64,000 nucleotides of DNA. Origin: Octopus sinensis (Eukaryota). The position numbers were made by a program, and so were the translations under genes. The notes under the pieces were generated by a model that was given only the letters and a program-made list of their open reading frames with translations, was not told the origin of the DNA and made no database searches. The DNA lies in contig NC_042999.1 in assembly GCF_006345805.1 (NCBI RefSeq), positions 30,504,001 through 30,568,000 on the forward strand, in the 5' to 3' direction. Numbering within the stretch: position 1 is the stretch's first letter; every line of letters begins with the position of its first letter. Below, piece after piece: positions 29,444 to 41,709 of this stretch.

Positions 29444-29446
<3 letters not shown>
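28748..29446 (-). mobile_element. 5'-truncated, relatively young R4/Dong-like copy (CCHC knuckle, RLE endonuclease, 3' UTR) with one frameshift
   Basis: CRIC..ETINHIMSSC, RHDRV, ILWDMPIHTD..NRPDIVV..LIDVSIP, then IQKIALLGTAHILRRTLS* in a second frame (ORFs 29075-29431 and 28846-29106); embedded in (TAA)n. Confidence 0.95.
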
Positions 29447-29542
<96 letters not shown>

Positions 29543-29557
29543 CATCATCATTATTAT
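29446..29557. repeat. (ATT/TAA)n microsatellite
   Basis: Direct triplet run. Confidence 0.95.
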
Positions 29558-29574
29558 AAAGTATCCATGAACAT

Positions 29575-30325
29575 ACTACTGGCAGCGTAAGACCAAGTTT
29601 TGGCCTTGCATTGGTGGTTTAAAAGTAGGAATGATCAAGTGTCTACGCTGTACTTCATATGCAAGTGAATGGAAGAAACCGTTGCCCATATCAGGAATGA
29701 CTTACCTAGATTTGCCCAAAACCGCTACATGCTGTGGCGACATGATCAGGTACCGAAAGTGCTACACTGGTAACTGTGTGAAAAGTGAATGTGGGAGTTA
29801 GAAAGTGGCAAGTGGTGGTATGACCAGAAACCGCAGAGAGTGGCGGAATCGGATTCTAGCAAAATCCTCTGGGATTTCCCAGTCCAAACAGATAAGGTAC
29901 TAGAGCATAACAGCCCAGACCTAGTTGGGGAGGATTAGATCCACCACATTTGCTATATAGTTGATGCTATATGCCCCTTTAACCAATAGATAATCAAGAA
30001 GGAATTTGAAGATATACCTAAATACCACCCTCTTATGTAAGAAATATCCCGGCTATCCAATAAGAATAAGGGAAGGCGGTGATAATTTGTGTAGGGTTCT
30101 TGGGAACAGTATCAGAAGGCGATAAGAAGGATATAACCGGTATTGGAATAGTAGAAACGTTACAAAGGATTTGCCTCTTTGACACGAGTAGAATAATGAG
30201 GGAAGTTTCACACTGCAGAATAAAACAGATAGTAATGTACCGTAGGCTGCATGTTGCAACCTCGTTATGCATGCAAGAATCCAGGAAATGCATTAAAACT
30301 TGCGATAAAGAAAACTAATACTACT
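29575..30325 (+). mobile_element. R4/Dong-like 3' fragment (RLE domain), decayed
   Basis: RHDQV, KILWDFPVQTDKVLEHNSPDLV and LQRICLFDTSRIMREV; the 3' end runs into (TAA)n. Confidence 0.85.
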
Positions 30326-30326
30326 G

Positions 30327-30368
<42 letters not shown>

Positions 30369-30830
30369 TAATAATAATAATAATAATAATAAGAGTAATA
30401 ATAATAATAATAATAATAAGAGTAATAATAATAATGATAATGATGATGATAAGAGAAGAAGTACAAGAGGGAGTATGAGGAGGAGAAGAAGAAGAAGAAG
30501 AAGAAGAAGAAGGTGGAGGAGGAGAAGTATATGAAGAAGAAGAAGGAGAAGAAAAGAAGAAGAAGAGGAAGAAGGAGAAGTTGTAGGAGAAGAAGAAGTA
30601 GAAGAAGAAGAAGTAGAAGAGAAGGAGAAGAAGAAGAAGGAGAAGAAGAAGAAGTAGAAGAGAAGGAGAAGAGGAAGAAGAAGAAGGAGAAGAAGGAGAA
30701 GGAGAAGTAGAAGAGAAGGAGAAGAGAAGAAGAAGAAGAAGAAGAAGAAGAAGAAAAAAGAAGAAGAAGAAGAAGAAGAAGAAGAAGAAGAAGAAGAAGA
30801 AGAAGAAGAAGAAGAAGAAGAAGAAGAAAC
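30327..30830 (+). repeat. Compound (TAA)n then (GAA/GGA)n polypurine tract
   Basis: Direct reading. Confidence 0.95.
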
Positions 30831-31074
30831 GGACTTTAGTCGATTTTATCGAAAACGGTACTTGACTGGTACTTTATTTTATGGATCACGAAATGATTAA
30901 TCGTAAGTTTGACCCCTCTGAAATCAAACGAAAACTACAGTCGTGGTCAACTTTGTCTTGCATCTCTTCGGGGTTGATAAAATAAAATATCAATCACCTC
31001 TCGTAATAATTTTGATATTATCGATAAAATTTATCTCCATCAAAATAGCTGACATTCTGACTAATTCAGAAATC

Positions 31075-31536
31075 CTCCTCCTCCTTCTTCTTCTTCTTCT
31101 TCTTTTTCTTCTTCCTCTTCTTCTTCTTCCCCTTCTTCTTCCTCTTCTTCTTCTTCCCCTTCTTCTACTTCTCTCCTTCTTCTTCCTCTTCTTCTTCTTC
31201 TACTACTTCTTCCCCCTCTCCTTCTTCTTCTTCCACTACTTCTGCTTCTTCTTCCCCCTCTTCTTCCACTTCTTCTGCTTCTTCTCCCCCCTCTTCTTCC
31301 ACTTCTTCTTCTTCTTCCTCTTCTTCTTCTTCTTCCCTTTCTTCTGCCTCCTCCTCTTCTTCTTCTTCTTCTTCTTCCTCCCCTTCTTCTTCTTCTACTC
31401 CTTCTTCTTCTTCTTCTCCTTCTTCTTCTTCTTCTTCTTCGTCTTCTTCATGTCCTTCTTCTCCTTCTTCTTCTTCTTCTGCCTCCCCTTCTTCTTCTTC
31501 TTCTTCTTCTCCTTCTTCTTCTTCTTCTCGTCTTCT

Positions 31537-31570
<34 letters not shown>

Positions 31571-31776
31571 GTCCTTCTTCTCCTTCTTCTCTTCTTCCTC
31601 TTCTCTTCTTCTTCTTCTTCTACTTCTCCTTCTTCTCTTCTTCTTCTTCTCTTCTTCTTCTACTTCTGCTTCTCCCTCTTCTTCTTCCTCTTCTTCTTCT
31701 ACTTCTGCTTCTTCCACTTCTTCGTTTTCCTATTATTCTTCTTCTATTATTTCTCCCCCTTCCTCTTCTTCTTCTT

Positions 31777-31840
<64 letters not shown>

Positions 31841-31880
31841 CACTTCTTCTTCTTCTTCTTTCTTCTTCTTCTTCTTCTTC

Positions 31881-31924
<44 letters not shown>

Positions 31925-31990
31925 CATCTTCTTCTTCTTATTATTATTATTTTTCCTCCTCTCCTTCTTTTAATTCTTCTTCTCATTCAT
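31075..31990 (+). repeat. Compound (CTT/CCT)n polypyrimidine tract with (TTA)n blocks
   Basis: Direct reading; contains ~27-30 bp higher-order units such as TTCTTCCACTTCTTCTGCTTC. Confidence 0.95.
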
Positions 31991-32830
31991 CATTATCATG
32001 TTCATCATCATCTTAATCATTGCTGTTGATGTCGAGCCCTCTGCTGTTGCTGTTGTTACTTATGCAGCGAGTTGGCAGTATCGCGACCATGAGAGACGAC
32101 AAGTTTAGAATCATTTCGTCGTCGTGTTCTAAGTTCAAATTTTCTCCAAGTTTGATTTTGCTTCTCATCATTTTGCTTCTCATCGCTGAATTAAGTACAC
32201 ACTGAATACTGAAGTCAATGTAAGCAACTAATCAACTCGCACAAAATTGTGCCTATATCAGAGAGGTTTATTATGATTATCATTATTATTGTTGGGTTAG
32301 GGATCCGATCGTATGATTATTTAAACAAGCTAAGAGAGTATACAGCATAAAAATTGGATAGAACATACTTCAATTTTAGAAAGTTACAAGCGATTACCTT
32401 GTCATCTCTATTTTATATTGAAAACTTCACAGATTACCGAAAAAAGAAAATCATTTTTTTCTGAAAGATAAACTACATATAGTTATACAGAGCTTTCATA
32501 ATTCAAACGAAAACTGCTCCGTTTATCATCATAAAATTTACTTTCCTATCAAAGCTGAATTTATTTCATTAATTACTTACCAGAGCATCATCAGCGATTC
32601 TCTGTAATTAACTCTCAAGAGCATTTGAAAAAAAAAAAATTCTGGAACCCTTACCGGGTATTTATAGTGTGGAGCAAATGCTGCAAAAATATTGTATCAG
32701 GTCGTAGGTGCCAACGATTCGTTATAGGGAGTAGTGATGACACATTTTGCATCGAGCTGGTATTTAAAATAATTAGCTAGATCGATTAAGCGCTATCTCA
32801 TGAAAATGGCTTGATATATGTCTATACATA

Positions 32831-32919
<89 letters not shown>

Positions 32920-32962
32920 TATGAAAGAATGGAGTTGCACGACTAGTTAACAAATATCCTTT

Positions 32963-33047
32963 ATTCTCGACATATGTTTCGATGGCTGCATATTCCTAAT
33001 TCCGAAGGAATAAGGAGTACATTATGCAGATTTCTCATCAGGAAAAT
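32963..33047 (-). ncRNA. Type I hammerhead ribozyme of Penelope-like type with intact core
   Basis: AUUUUC-CUGAUGA-G(stem II)C-GAAA-CAUAUG-UC/GAGAAU. Stem I has 6 bp, stem II includes CUGCAUA/UAUGCAG, stem III is the palindrome ACAUAUGU, the cleavage triplet is GUC, and AAUAAA overlaps the 3' end. Confidence 0.85.
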
Positions 33048-33416
33048 TAAGGAACTTATGTCGACATCAAAATACACAAAAAACATTTAGCTGATCGCTC
33101 TCAAGGGGCTCATGTGCGGTGATTTTGAAAATTACAATATACAGATATGTCGCACATGTATTCTTGGTGCTGTATGCTGCACAAATCTGCATTATTTTTA
33201 GTGCCCTCATTGAAGATATACGGATGTCATATTAATTTCTTTTGTACATTGCTACAGAGACTAAGGGTAACAATAGATTTTTTAAATATTTTCATTCATT
33301 TTGAAATTGCTCCTATTCGTGGTTTGGATTTTAACTGCCCTTTCTAGCATGCAAGGTGTCCTGTTAAAGATAACCTCTTCCGTGTATAAATACGTAAATT
33401 ATTTGGACACACACAT

Positions 33417-33456
<40 letters not shown>

Positions 33457-33565
33457 ACACACACACACACACACACATATTTATATATATATATACATGT
33501 ATGCATAAACACATGAGTGCGTGGGCGTATAAATATGCATATCATATATATATGATATATATATA

Positions 33566-33646
<81 letters not shown>

Positions 33647-33941
33647 TGCACGCACATAAATACGTGCTCGCATACATTTATAATTACTAATTACATAATT
33701 ACATCAAATTTTATAAGCTGTTACCACCTGCGCAAATTTTACATCTTCCAGCTGTATAAAATTATCAACATCTACCGGTTTGTGGCATGTAACTTAGGAT
33801 TGATATCCGCTGATACTGTGAGAGCAGCTTCGCAATCCATCCCGGAATTAGTACCAGATGGGAATGTTGAGAAGCTTCCTCTCTCAGCGGGAGCAGGTAC
33901 TCACTCTATCACACACGCTTACACGAAATCATACAGTCATT

Positions 33942-33978
<37 letters not shown>

Positions 33979-34206
33979 ATGAATCACTTACTGTGATGTC
34001 TTCCCCTCTACAAACACGCATACATGCACAAGCATACACAAATGCACACACACACACACACCACACACACATACACACACACACAAACACACACACACAT
34101 ACAAACACACACACACACTTGCGCATACACACTCGCACGTGCATAAATATTTAATAAATAATATCATGAATCGGGAAGTACTCACTCTCACTTAGATATG
34201 AGCATT

Positions 34207-34238
<32 letters not shown>

Positions 34239-34283
34239 TACATACATACATGCATGCATATATACACAAGCATATATATACCT

Positions 34284-34359
<76 letters not shown>

Positions 34360-34360
34360 A

Positions 34361-34645
34361 TACTAAGTAATTAAGGGTTTACCAACGAATTGCCTCACCA
34401 ACACACCGAATTTAGAAATAGCAGTCAAAGAGATATAGCTATTCCTTCTACTAAAAGGGGGATCTCAGTAAAAACACAGCACTTCAAAGGCAAACACAGA
34501 CAGGTAAGAAAGAAAGAATGAAAGTGCTGTGTTTTTACTGAGATGCCCCTTTTAGTAGAAGGAATAGCTATATCTCTTTGACTGCTATTTCTAAATTCGG
34601 TGTGTTGGTGAGGCAATTCGTTGCTAAACCCTTAATTACTTAGTA
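34361..34645. mobile_element. Fold-back MITE-like element with 124-bp inverted arms
   Basis: 34361-34484 and 34522-34645 are reverse complements with 2 mismatches around a 37-nt spacer; both ends are TA. Confidence 0.85.
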
Positions 34646-34743
34646 TTACTTAAATTTTCCTCGAATGGGGCTTTTACATGCCGAAATCTACTTGGTGTAA
34701 TTGATAATTATTCCAAATTAATTAATTTCACCCTTTATTGCTA

Positions 34744-34852
<109 letters not shown>

Positions 34853-35593
34853 ACTACATATATACGTATACATACATATACATATATACATATAGACATA
34901 ATTATCTATACATGCATAAATACATACACTGTAGATTTAGAAATATGTCGGTAACTGATAGAAGAAATTCCAGGGATGTTGTTGTGTGGACACCACCAGA
35001 CGATGAAGTAGACTAGCCCAATACTTAGATATAGAGGAAGAAGTGTAGACTAGAACAGGGGAGCAACACCGGAGAGAGTAGAGTTGAGTAGAGGCATCCC
35101 GACGTGCGATATAACAGATGTCAATGCGCGAAATTGAAATTGTAATTCCAACATAACTATATTTAACATTAGTGAATTCCTCTATCATTAATTTAAATTG
35201 TCTAAGTACTGATACATGTTGAAGTTTAAGCTGCCTAAAATACGTTTCGTCTCTTCCTTTCTAAATTTTCGCAGATTCACTCCATCCGTAATCAACATTC
35301 CTACGTCATCAAGTAAACCCACAAACACTACCACACACTGCCACAGTTCAGATATACTGCTTTGTTCAGGCCACCAGCCGCAATTAATTCTTCTATAAAA
35401 TGAATTAGGCATCCCTTGACCATTGGTCAGGTTTGCCATTATATTGTACCATTGTCTGGGCAATAGATATCAACTCATTTCTTTTCTTTTTCAATTTTTT
35501 TACTTCTTATAATATATTTCTACAATATAATTAACACTACAAAACAAAAGTCATAAATAACGAAGTAGCAACCACAATATTGAAAATATACAG

Positions 35594-36545
35594 GGCGGCG
35601 AGCTGGCAGAAACGTTAGCACGCCGGATGAAATGCTTAGCGGTATTTCGCCTGTCTTTACGTTGTCAGTTCAAATTCCGCTGAGGTCGACTTTGCCTTTC
35701 ATCATTTCGGGGTCAATTAAATAAGTACTAGTTACAGACATAATACCTATGTCTGTCCTTGTTTGTCCCCTCTATGTTTAGCCCATTGTGGGTAATAAAG
35801 GAATAGGTATTTCATCTGTCTCAAGGCGGTGAGCTGGCAGAATCGCTAGCATGACGGGCAAAATGCTTACCGGTATTTTGTCTGCCGCTACGTTCTGAGT
35901 TCAAATTCCGCCGAGGTCAACTTTACCTTTCATCCTTTAGGGGTCGATTACCGGTATTTTGTCTGCCGCTACGTTCTGAGTTCAAATTCCGCCGAGGTCG
36001 ACTTTGCCTTTCATCCTTTCGGGGTCGATTAAATAAGTAACAGTTACGCACAGCGGTCAATGTAATCGACTTAATCCGTGTGTCTATCCTTGTTTGTCCC
36101 CTCTCTGTTTAGCCCCTTGTAGGTAGTAAAGAAATAGGTATTTCATCTGTCTCAAGGCGGCGAGCTGGCAGAAACATTAGCACGCTGGGCGAAATGCGTA
36201 GCCGTAAGTCGTTTGCCGGTACATACCGAGTTCAAATTCCGCCGAGGTCGACTTTGCCTTTCATCCTTTCGAGGTCAATAAATTAAGTACCAGTTACGTA
36301 CTGATTCGATGTAATCGACTTAATCCCTTTGTCAGTCCTTGTTTGTCCCCTCTGTGTTTAGCCCTTTGTGGGTAGTAAAGAAATAAGTATTTCATATGTC
36401 TTTACGTTCTGACTTCACATTCCGCCGAGGTCGACTTGGCCTTTCATCCTTTCCAGGTCAATAAATTAAGTACCAGATATATACTGGAGTCGATGTAATC
36501 GACTGGCTCCTCCCCAAAAATTTCGGGCCTTGAGCCTAGAGTTGA
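35594..36545 (+). mobile_element. Head-to-tail array of family A SINE units
   Basis: Heads at 35594, 35825 and 36156, a headless unit from ~36390, and an 81-bp internal duplication (35870-35950 and 35951-36031). Confidence 0.9.
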
Positions 36546-36590
36546 AAAACTATTGAAAATATACTAAAAAAGGATTGTAAGAAAGATAAA

Positions 36591-36626
<36 letters not shown>

Positions 36627-37980
36627 ATTAAATATGGGCGAGCTTTCTCAATCTCCCTAACATATACATTCATACATACAAACACACTTAGATGCATACA
36701 TACAAACACACATACATGCATACATACAAACACACATACATCTATACATACATACATGCATACATATACACATACACATATACATAGATACATATACACG
36801 CATACATACATACATGATACATACATACATACATACATACATACATACATACATAATCATTCTTGCCACAGAAATCAAATGATTAAATGCTAAGATCTGG
36901 AAGAACTAGATATATTAAGGCAACACACACATAAATGTGTGTGTGTGTGTGTGAGTTTAGGTAAATTTGACCAATATGTACACAAGCAACCCCCACAAAT
37001 CCAACCGCGTAAAAAAGACAAGCTCGACTTGCCGAATGCCTAAAAATATCCAAACGTATGGTATTTTCCTGTTAATAAAATATGCAGTAAAACAGTAAAT
37101 AATAATCACAGGCCCACTTATTTGTCCATAAATCATCATTTACGCTACACATACATAATATTAACAAAAAATGTAAGATGTGTTATGTCTATAAAATGTT
37201 TTATGTCTATAAAATACAAAATGATGCGTGATTAACTCAAGTTGATTCAACTAAAATTTCTCTTATATTATGATGTATTTGTAAAGTGGGTAAATGTTGC
37301 ATACCGTTTCTACGTTACCCAATTCAGCGCATATAGCAGGAACGATTACGTTTTGTGGAGGCGGGCGTATGTGATCGTGTTTGTTACTTTAGCTTTCATA
37401 TGTCAAACATTCTTCTCAATCGTCACCCAGCTGAGTAATGTAGCTCGAATCACAGCCATATATCACATAATTTACGCGATCTACATCCGATACCGAAACA
37501 TGTAATATACTCACACCGTACTTAGGAATACCAATCCTGGCCAGAGTTAAAATAGAAAACAGCCAACGCAACACATACTTTAAAAAAGTAATACACAGCA
37601 AAATATCACAGATTTTAAAATATACTTTTCACCAGTGCTTCTCAAACTTTTTTGTAACGTATCGAGGCTGTAATTTAATAGACACATTTTCAACAACTAA
37701 TAGCTATGATTCAATGACCCGTCGTTTTTCAATCTACTTACATGCAATGAAGTAATTCTGTTTTGAATATTACTTTTCTACTTCGCAAAGCACCTAAGTA
37801 TTAAATTAAAGGCTTGACGCATTGACATTTGACCTTAATTATTTCATACACTTTAAGCATGACACTTCACCCAATGCTCGATACATACGTATTCGTTGTG
37901 TATTTCGTATAAACCCCCATATTGTGTTTTCTACTTGTCCACACAATTTAGATGTAATGGCCAATATCTATCAATGGTTG

Positions 37981-38185
37981 GGGCTGCGAGATGGCAGAAG
38001 TGTTTGCACAGCGGGCAAAAAGCCTACCGGTATTTCGTCTCTCTGTGTAGTGAGTTCAAATTCCGATTTTGACTTTCAGCCTTTGGGGTTCGATAAAATA
38101 AGTATTGTTTGAGCTTTAGGGCAGATATAATCGACTTACTGCTGCCCTGAACTATCTGGCCTTTCTGTCAAAGTTTGAAATCAAT
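37981..38185 (+). mobile_element. Diverged SINE family A
   Basis: GAGATGGCAGAA head, GGTATTTCGTCT, GAGTTCAAATTCC and GGGGTTCGATAAAATAAGT. Confidence 0.7.
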
Positions 38186-38502
38186 ATCTATAAATGATGG
38201 TAACTTATGAGATTAAGAGATGACATATGACATTGCTAGATTCAACAACGTTGAAATATGTATATTTGCATATATACATATCCGCTCGCACATACACACA
38301 CACACACGTGTGTGTGTGTGTGTATGTGTGTGTGTGTGAGTGTGTGCATGTGTTTGTGTGTATGTGTGTGTGTATAAACAAAATTCAGGTAGTTACTTAA
38401 TGCTGTAGCTGCAGTGAACTCTATGTCTGGAAATTCCCCAAATTTTGAGAATGCCTTTTATTCTATATTTTAGTTTCTTCCTTATGATTTTCCTACACTG
38501 GT

Positions 38503-38547
<45 letters not shown>

Positions 38548-38575
38548 TATGTATCTGTAAACGTAATATATGATT

Positions 38576-38748
38576 ATTATTCGGTAGACATGATAAAACT
38601 CCGAGTTTCGGATGTCGGAAATCCACGCCGTCATCACTTCACTTATCCGGCCATCGGAAAAAAATGCTGTGAAAATGACCGTTAAATTTTCATAGCATTT
38701 TTTCCGATAGCTGGATAACTCGGAGTTTTGTCATGTCTCCCGAATAAT
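38576..38748. mobile_element. Small fold-back MITE-like element
   Basis: Outer arms 38576-38607/38717-38748 and inner arms 38643-38676/38686-38718 are imperfect reverse complements. Confidence 0.75.
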
Positions 38749-38789
38749 ATTACATGTACAGATAAATTCCTCTATTTACATAATATCAA

Positions 38790-38976
38790 GGTCTCTTTCA
38801 TTCTTTGTTGTCTTACCATTTCTATCAACATATAGATAGATAGATATATAGATAAATAGATAGATAGACAGACAGGCCGACAAACAGGACTTACTGTTTG
38901 TAAGCCTAGTACTTATTCTATCGGACACTTTTGCCGAACCGCTAAGATACGGGGGCGCAAACACAGACACACAAAC

Positions 38977-39058
<82 letters not shown>

Positions 39059-39215
39059 ATACGAAGGGGTTCTTTCAGTTACCGTCTACCAAATCCACTC
39101 AGAAGGACCTAGTCGGCCGGAGGCTGTAGAAGATGACGCTTGCCCAAAGTGCCATGCAGTGGGACTGAACACGGAACCTTGCGATTAGGAAGCAAACTTC
39201 TTAGCACAGAGCCAC
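38790..39215 (-). mobile_element. SINE family B with internal (TA)n expansion
   Basis: Reverse complement of the family B head (GGTTCCGTGTTCAGTCCCACTGC..GGGCAAG) and body (AAGCCTAGTACTTATTCTATCGG on plus). Confidence 0.8.
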
Positions 39216-39234
39216 CAACCTGTACCAGCAGGCT

Positions 39235-41330
39235 TTCAATGAGAACAATGGCATACAACATTAATTAGCTCTGGTAGAGACAACAGTAATCCCAAAATGC
39301 AGAACCAACCATATAGCAAGAATCTACCGGTCAACTGAATGCCATAAATTAATGTATAAGATAATACAGAGTGTTTAAACTTCTTCCTGCAACGCCATTG
39401 TGAAATCGATAATATCATCACAGTAGACCAAGTAGCTTGGAAGAAAGTAATCTGGGGATGTGCCGAGTAATTGTAAATCAACAAATCTGTGATGTCAGAG
39501 GTGAGGGTGCTTAGAAAGAAATTAATCTCAATACGACTACTCTACAAGAAAGCTTTTGACTCTGTTCCCCACGCATGGATACTAGCAGCACTTCAGCTTG
39601 CTAAAGTTTCAGTGAGTGTAGTCAAATCTATAGATGACTTTATTCTATCTTAAAATTAAACACAAAGAGTGACAATTCTATTAGTGATAGAATACAGTAT
39701 AGCAGAGGCATATCCCAAGGGGGCAGCTTCTCTGTGAAGTTGTTTATACTTTCTGTAATGTCTTTGTCACTCATGTTAAAGAAGTCCCAACGATATCTCA
39801 CTGATTCACAAGAAAACGGAATTACCAAAATTACAAACTGTCTCGTTGCGGATGTCCTGAAACTATGTGCAAAATTTTACTCGAGATGAAAAAGATCCTG
39901 GTTACAACATTCTCAAAGAATATAGGGTTGGAGTTTGGTCAGGATATATGTTCTTATATTATTATGAAAAGAGAAAAAACTGTAAACAGGACTAGCAACA
40001 CTTCCATCAATAACTCGACTGTTTCCTCTATATCTGATGAGGAACGTTACGGGATAACAACGTATCTTACGATGGCACCTTTAACAATACACGTGTCTTT
40101 AAATTATATTACAACCGAATAAATAAAATGTGCACTTCGGAACTATCTGAATTCGAAAAAAAAAGCGGCCCACAATGTGTTTGCAGTGCCAGTATACACA
40201 CCAACATTCGGACTACTTGACTGGACACTTGATATCTAAACCATTGATTTGAGAACCCAGAAGATACTACTAATTACACATAATTTCCACATCGACAGTG
40301 AGTGCCTAAAGTGAATATTTAGACTCTACCTAAAGAGGAAACAAGGCGACATCGTGCTTTCGAATGTCGCATCATATCCATTCGCCAACATCTTTTAACC
40401 GTGAAGTGTCAAAGTGCATCCCTTCATCATGTTTGCATACATGAGGCTTATAATATCATACGACTTGCACGGCAGAACCTTGGGCAGCATTCTTAGATAA
40501 CCCTAGATACATGCCCAAAGAAATCGCACGACTCTCCTGCAATGCATCATCATATGGAAGGATGTGCATATAGGAACAGGAATCTATGTATGGCTATATT
40601 AGTATAGCGATTGAAGATGATAGCAGCATTGAACCTCAAAGTAGTCTATTACAGACCAATAACCTTATTACTTCCACTATGACATGTATGCGTTTGCAAT
40701 CGAGGAACAGGAATTGTCAGCCAAAAACCTGATTCCCAAAGGGATAGAGATGCTGGCAAAACAATAAAAATGACAACTAATGCAGGCTTTGTGGAGTGAA
40801 CAGCGAAAATACCAGCCACATCATAGACTGATGTTCGAAAATGTCATCACGGTATTATCTACCGATGAAACGTGGTGTTGTAGCTAGGTCACTGTGAAAT
40901 GAAATCCGTCGAAAGGATAACCTCAAGTACAAAGTTGTAAGAACCCACAGTATGGCGGAAGCCACATCCACTCATAATAAAAAGGAGTACTGGTGGAATG
41001 TTCCACTGAAAACCTCAATATGTAAACACAACATACGTATGTTTACATATTGGGACAGAGTAGAGAAAATACGTACAGTTGTAGAAATTAGCTGACCAAC
41101 GGATGTTAAAATATGAAGATCAGTAAAATTACTCTATCCAGATTACAAGTTCAGGTGTACACCTGAAATTATTGAGGCACTGATATATGTAACAACTAAC
41201 TAAATACCAATCTTACGAAAGTAGGCTTCTCGATACCAGAAAAGAGAAAGCTGATTCGAAGCGTATTGATTCAAGTCATTACTGGAACTGTAAAAATCTG
41301 TAAAATTATCAAGGAGTTTATTATTTAGCT
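39235..41330 (+). mobile_element. R4/Dong-like element, RT to RLE, heavily decayed (another subfamily)
   Basis: YKKAFDSVPHAWIL, GISQG, VADVLKL and GLEFGQDIC, plus downstream knuckle and RLE relics. Confidence 0.8.
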
Positions 41331-41560
41331 ATATATGAACATGTCTGGGTATGCAACTAAATGCATGAGAAGATATGCGTAAAACAAAACATACACACCT
41401 GCACGTGCATCCATCCGTCCATACATCCACCTATCCAAATATACCTGTTTTTAATGTTGAAATTCCAATGAAGGACCTTGAATCTAGGTTAGAAACCGGC
41501 CCTTTCTCTATTGGCACGAAATCTTGAAATAAAGATGAATAATGCCATCCATGCACTCAT

Positions 41561-41603
<43 letters not shown>

Positions 41604-41650
41604 ATATATATACATTCCAATGTGAGTGGACGGTGTAAATATGCATATAC

Positions 41651-41709
<59 letters not shown>

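Noticed and set aside
30943-31973. 326-aa and overlapping ORFs
   Set aside because: Products of CTT/TTA triplet tracts.
35594-36545. CRISPR-like appearance of spaced repeats
   Set aside because: The units are eukaryotic SINE copies, with no unique spacers or cas genes.
41465-41533. Hammerhead-like CCAAUGA..GACCU/AGGUU..GAAACCGG followed by AATAAA
   Set aside because: Two core substitutions, no G10.1-C11.1 pair, no UH triplet and no convincing stem I; at most a dead relic.
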